Under the pieces are notes generated by a model, which worked only from the letters and a program-made list of their open reading frames with translations, had not been told where the DNA came from and ran no database searches. Both the position numbers and the translations under genes were made by a program. Of a stretch of 36,908 bases of DNA, positions 33,074-36,908 are shown in pieces (within the stretch, counting starts at the first letter, position 1; each line of letters starts with the position of its first letter). This stretch comes from Chiloscyllium plagiosum (Eukaryota), in assembly GCF_004010195.1 (NCBI RefSeq), contig NC_057751.1, positions 16,940,550-16,977,457 of the forward strand, read 5' to 3'.

Positions 33074-33544
33074 TACAAAGTTTTAGAAAGCTTATCGTCG
33101 TCACCGGGCACCAGTGTCCGCATTGGAAGTAAATCCTGCTGCAAGGATTGGGAGTTTGACTTTTTTTCAGGCAATGGCACAGCCACCCATTCAGGTCAGC
33201 ATGAAGACCCATTTGCAGCGCTTCTCCCAGACACCTGTTCAGTGAGGCGGCCCAAAACATTGCCTTTTATGGCGTAGCACAGATTGGTTGACCGGTGGCA
33301 GATTAACCCCTTGAAAGCTGGAGCGAGCAATATGGCATCACACCAGAAGAATTAGTGTTGAGCCTGGAGGATTCCCAATAACTACTGACAACACAACTCC
33401 AAAACACCGAAGGCAAATTGGAATTCATGCCTCCTCCTCCTCCTCCTCCTCCTCTTCAACACAGTTTGAGGTGTTGCTCTCATTCTTTTCAAGCTGAAAT
33501 CTCGGATGGCCTTTGCCAGTAGATGTGGGACCGAACGATCCTGC

Positions 33545-34320
33545 GCCCATCGGGGTGCAACGGTGCCCGGTTCTGGTCGCCCTGTTGTGAGAAGGACATT
33601 GTGAAGCTGGAGGGGGTTCGGGAAGAGGTTTCCCAGGATGTTGCCGGGAATGGTGGGTTTGAGTTCTAAGGAGAGGTTGGGGCCGTTTTCCCCGGAGCGT
33701 CGGAGGTTGAGGGGTGACCTTATAGAGGTTTATTAAATAATGAGGGGTCTAGATACTGTGAATGGCAGGTCATGGAGAGGTACAGCATGGAAAGAGACCC
33801 TTCGGTCCAACCCGTCCATCCCGACCCAGATATCCCAACCCAATCTAGGCCCACCTGCCAGCACCCGGCCCATATCCCTCCAAACCCTTCCTATTCATAT
33901 ACCCATCCAGATGCCTCTTAAATGTTGCAACTGTACCAGCCTCCACCACTTCCTCTGGCAGCTCATTCCATACACGTACCACCCTCTGTGTGAAAAAGTT
34001 GCCCCTCAGGTGTCTTTTTCCAAAAGATAGGGAATTTCGAGATGAGGGGGGTATATTTTTTGAGGAGCAAGATTTAAAAAAGACTGGATGGGCAATTTTT
34101 TTCTTCCACAAAAAGGGTTGTTTGCATGTGAAGTGAACTTCCTGGGGGGAAGTGGTGGACGCAGATACAGATACAACGTTTAAAAAACATTCCGGTGAGG
34201 ACACGAATAAGAAATGCTTGGAGGATGACAGGACCAAGCGCTGGCAGGTGGGGACTGGTTTAGTTTGGGATTGTGGTCCGCAGGGACCGTAGGGTCTGTT
34301 TTGTGCTGTATGACTGTATC
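33545..34320 (+). mobile_element. Old CR1 3' fragment with a nested younger antisense CR1 end (33771-34006)
   Basis: GGTGACCTTATAGAGGTTTA region; the insert is flanked by CAGGT at 33766-33770 and 34007-34011. Confidence 0.75.
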
Positions 34321-34600
34321 CTTTCAAACTCCAATGGATAAAGTGCCTTCCTACCTGATTCCTTAGAATACAAACACCTGCAGTCCAGTGAAGCTTTCTG
34401 AATTGTCTCAAATGCAAGTATCTCCCTCCATTATTAAGAAGCTCAAAGTTGTAAACAGTCCCCAAGGTACGGTCTCACCAGTGCTCTGTACACTTGCAGT
34501 ACAGTTTCCCTACCTTTATAGTCCACCTTGCAATAAAGGTCAATATTCCTTTAGCCTCCCTCATTACCTGCTAATGTGCTTGTTAGTTTTTTCTGTCTTA

Positions 34601-35490
34601 AGAGTCGTAGAGATGGACAGCATGGAAACAGACCCTTCGGTCCAACCCGTCCATGCTGACCCAGATAATTAAACTAGTCCCACCTGCCAGCACCCGGCCC
34701 ATATCCCTCCAAACCCTTCCTATTCATATACCCATCCAAATGCCTCATAAATGTTGCAACTGTACCAGCCTCCACCACTTCCTCTGGCAGCTCATTCCAC
34801 ACACGTACCACCCTCTGCGTGAAAAAGTTGCCCCTTAGGTCCCTTTTATATCTTTCCCCTCTCACCCCACGTGGGCGGCACGGTGGCACAGTGGTTAGCA
34901 CTGCTGCCTCACAGCGCCTGTAGACCCGGGTTCAATTCCAGCCTCAGGCGACTGTCTGTGTGGAGTTTGCACATTCTCCCCGTGTCTGCATGGGTTTCCT
35001 CCGGGTGCTCCGGTTTCCTCCCACAGTCCAAAGGTGTGCAGGTCAGGGGGAATTGGCGATGCTAAATTACCCATAGTGTTAGGTGAAGGGGTAAATGTAG
35101 GGGAATGGGTCTGGTTGGGTTGCTCTTCGGAGGGTCGGTGTGGACTCGTTGGGCTGAAGGGCCTGTTTCCACACTGTAAGTAATCTAATCTAAACCTATG
35201 CCCTTCTAGTTCAGGATTCCCCTAACCTAGGGAATCTATTTACCCTACCTATGCCCCACTTTATTTTATAATCCTCTAGAAGGTCACCCCTCAGACTCCG
35301 ACGCTCCAGGGAAAACAGCCCCAGCCTGTTCAGCCTCTCCCTGTAGCTCAAACCCTCCAACCCTGGCATCATCCTTGTAAATCTTTTCTGAACCCTTTCA
35401 AGTTTCACAACATCCTTCCGATAAGGAGACCAGAATTGCATGCAATATTCCAACAGTGGCCTAACCAATGTCCTGTACAGCCGCAACATG
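34601..35490 (-). mobile_element. CR1 3' fragment interrupted by a SINE
   Basis: MLRLYRTLVRPLLEYCMQFWSP... and FFTQRVVRVWNELP. Confidence 0.88.
34873..35192 (+). mobile_element. Full-length HE1/V-SINE-like SINE
   Basis: A box TGGCACAGTGG at 34884-34894, B box GGTTCAATTCC at 34929-34939, (TAATC)n tail. Confidence 0.92.
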
Positions 35491-35828
35491 ATAAATAGAC
35501 AAAGTCTTTTCCCTGGGGCTGGGGAGTCCAGAACTAGAGGGGCATAGGTTTAGGGTGAGAGGGGAAAGATATAAAAGGGACCTAAAGGGGCAACTTTTTC
35601 ACCCAGAGGGTGGTACGTGTATGGAATGAGCTGTCAGAGGATGTGGTGAAGGCTGGTACAATTGCTACATTTAAAAGACATCTGGATGGGTATATGAATA
35701 GGAAGGGTTTGGAGGGATATGGGCCGGGTGCTGGCAGGTAAGACTAGATTGGGTTGGGATATCTGAGTCGGGATGGACGGGTTGGACCGAAGGGTCTGTT
35801 TCCGTGCTGTACATCTCTGTGACTCTAT
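35491..35828 (+). mobile_element. CR1 3' end inverted relative to 34601-35490
   Basis: Reverse-complement similarity to 34601-34868. Confidence 0.85.
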
Positions 35829-35829
35829 A

Positions 35830-35903
35830 AGACAGTCGCCCGAGGCTGGAATCGAACCCAGGTCCTGGGCGCTGTGAGACAGCAGTGCTACCCACTGAGC
35901 CAT
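35830..35903 (-). mobile_element. SINE tRNA-derived head fragment
   Basis: Minus strand TGGCTCAGTGGGTAGCACTGC...GGTTCGATTCC. Confidence 0.7.
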
Positions 35904-36496
35904 CTGTTTCTACAGCGTCAGTACATTCATTTGGACAAGGGGTAAGAGCCACGTGGTGGGGTAAAGCTTTTGTTATTGAAACGATGAAAGGCTGGTTGAG
36001 ACTTCTGTAAATTTGTAAGATGAGTCAGTTCTTTTTCCAAACGTAGGTGTTTACTTCATGAGCGTTTCAGCACCTTGCCAAAGTGGCTCATTGCGTTTGC
36101 ACACGTCACATATTGGGTGAGTGGGTGTGCTGGTCGAATGGATGTCAAACCTCAGAAGGCACAGAGGAATGGGGAGCGGGTGCGAAGGTGAGAGCAGAGG
36201 TCTAGAGGGTCAAACAGCCCTCAATACTTACTGGAAGTTCCACAGAACAGAGGCGGGCCTTTGAATCAGTCCAGCGGATACTCGCCTGCCTCTCCAGTCA
36301 CATTTGAACTGCTTCAGCTGGACAAACTCAATACCATCCATCCAACCATCCTGAAGAGAAGAGATTGCGTGGAGGGGCATGTTTTATAGAGTCACACCTG
36401 CCAGGTTCAAACATTTCCTAGCTCCAGCTCCCTAGTTCGTTCGGAAAAAAAAATTGGCCTTTTAAAGGTATTTTCTCAACTCCCTGCCATCATCTT

Positions 36497-36908
36497 AGAA
36501 TCACAGAACCCCTACAGTATGGAAACAGGCCCTTTGGCCCAACAAATCCACACTGACCCTCCGAAGAATAACCGCTGGCCTACTACTCTGCATGTCCCCT
36601 GACTAATGCACCTAACCTACACATCCCTGAGCACTATGGGTAATTTAGCATGGCCAATCCACCCTAACCTGCACATCCCTGAGCACTATGGGTAATTTAG
36701 CATGGCCAATCCACCCTAACCTACACATCCCTGAGCACTATGGGTAATTTAGAACAGCCAACCCACCCTAACCTGCACGTCCCTGAGCACTATGGGTAAT
36801 TTAGAACAGCCAACCCACCCTCACCTGCACATCCTTGAGCACCATGGATAATTTAGCATGGCCAATCCACCCTAACCTGCACATCCCTGAGCACTATGGG
36901 TAATTTAG
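36497..36908 (-). mobile_element. V-SINE tail followed by the 52-bp satellite, continuing beyond the window
   Basis: GTATGGAAACAGGCCC tail, then 5 or more units. Confidence 0.88.

Noticed and set aside
34873..34945. tRNA-like sequence with A and B boxes (also about 33000-33073, 20555-20618, 35840-35903)
   Set aside because: These are SINE heads attached to SINE bodies, not tRNA genes

Overview
Vertebrate genomic DNA, most likely an elasmobranch (shark), inferred from HE1/V-SINE-like SINEs, CR1/HER1-type LINEs and Penelope-like elements (PLEs). There are three assembly gaps (2388-2887, 17448-17662, 23067-23450). The only confident gene is a very GC-rich PUR-family gene with an uninterrupted CDS (2937-3854, +, 305 aa), most like PURB. 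Upstream lies a 65-bp tandem array (about 13.5 copies). Each unit carries a CCAAT box, usually an RFX/EF-C-type palindrome and a GGAA core, and a YY1-type CCATCTT, so it looks like a multimerised promoter module. Downstream are a purine-rich 138-bp minisatellite and about 9 kb with no recognisable transposons, ending at an AATAAA (14680), consistent with a very long 3' UTR. That tract contains a coding-like antisense 119-aa ORF. From about 14.9 kb onward the window is nested retroelement debris: CR1, Rex1-like, V-SINEs whose internal 52-bp segment has expanded into satellites (about 63 copies at 25779-29046), and three PLE families. Two PLE copies retain intact minimal hammerhead-ribozyme cores, one in a 95-bp insert with a 13-bp target-site duplication (TSD). 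All family assignments are by eye and recall, not by database search.
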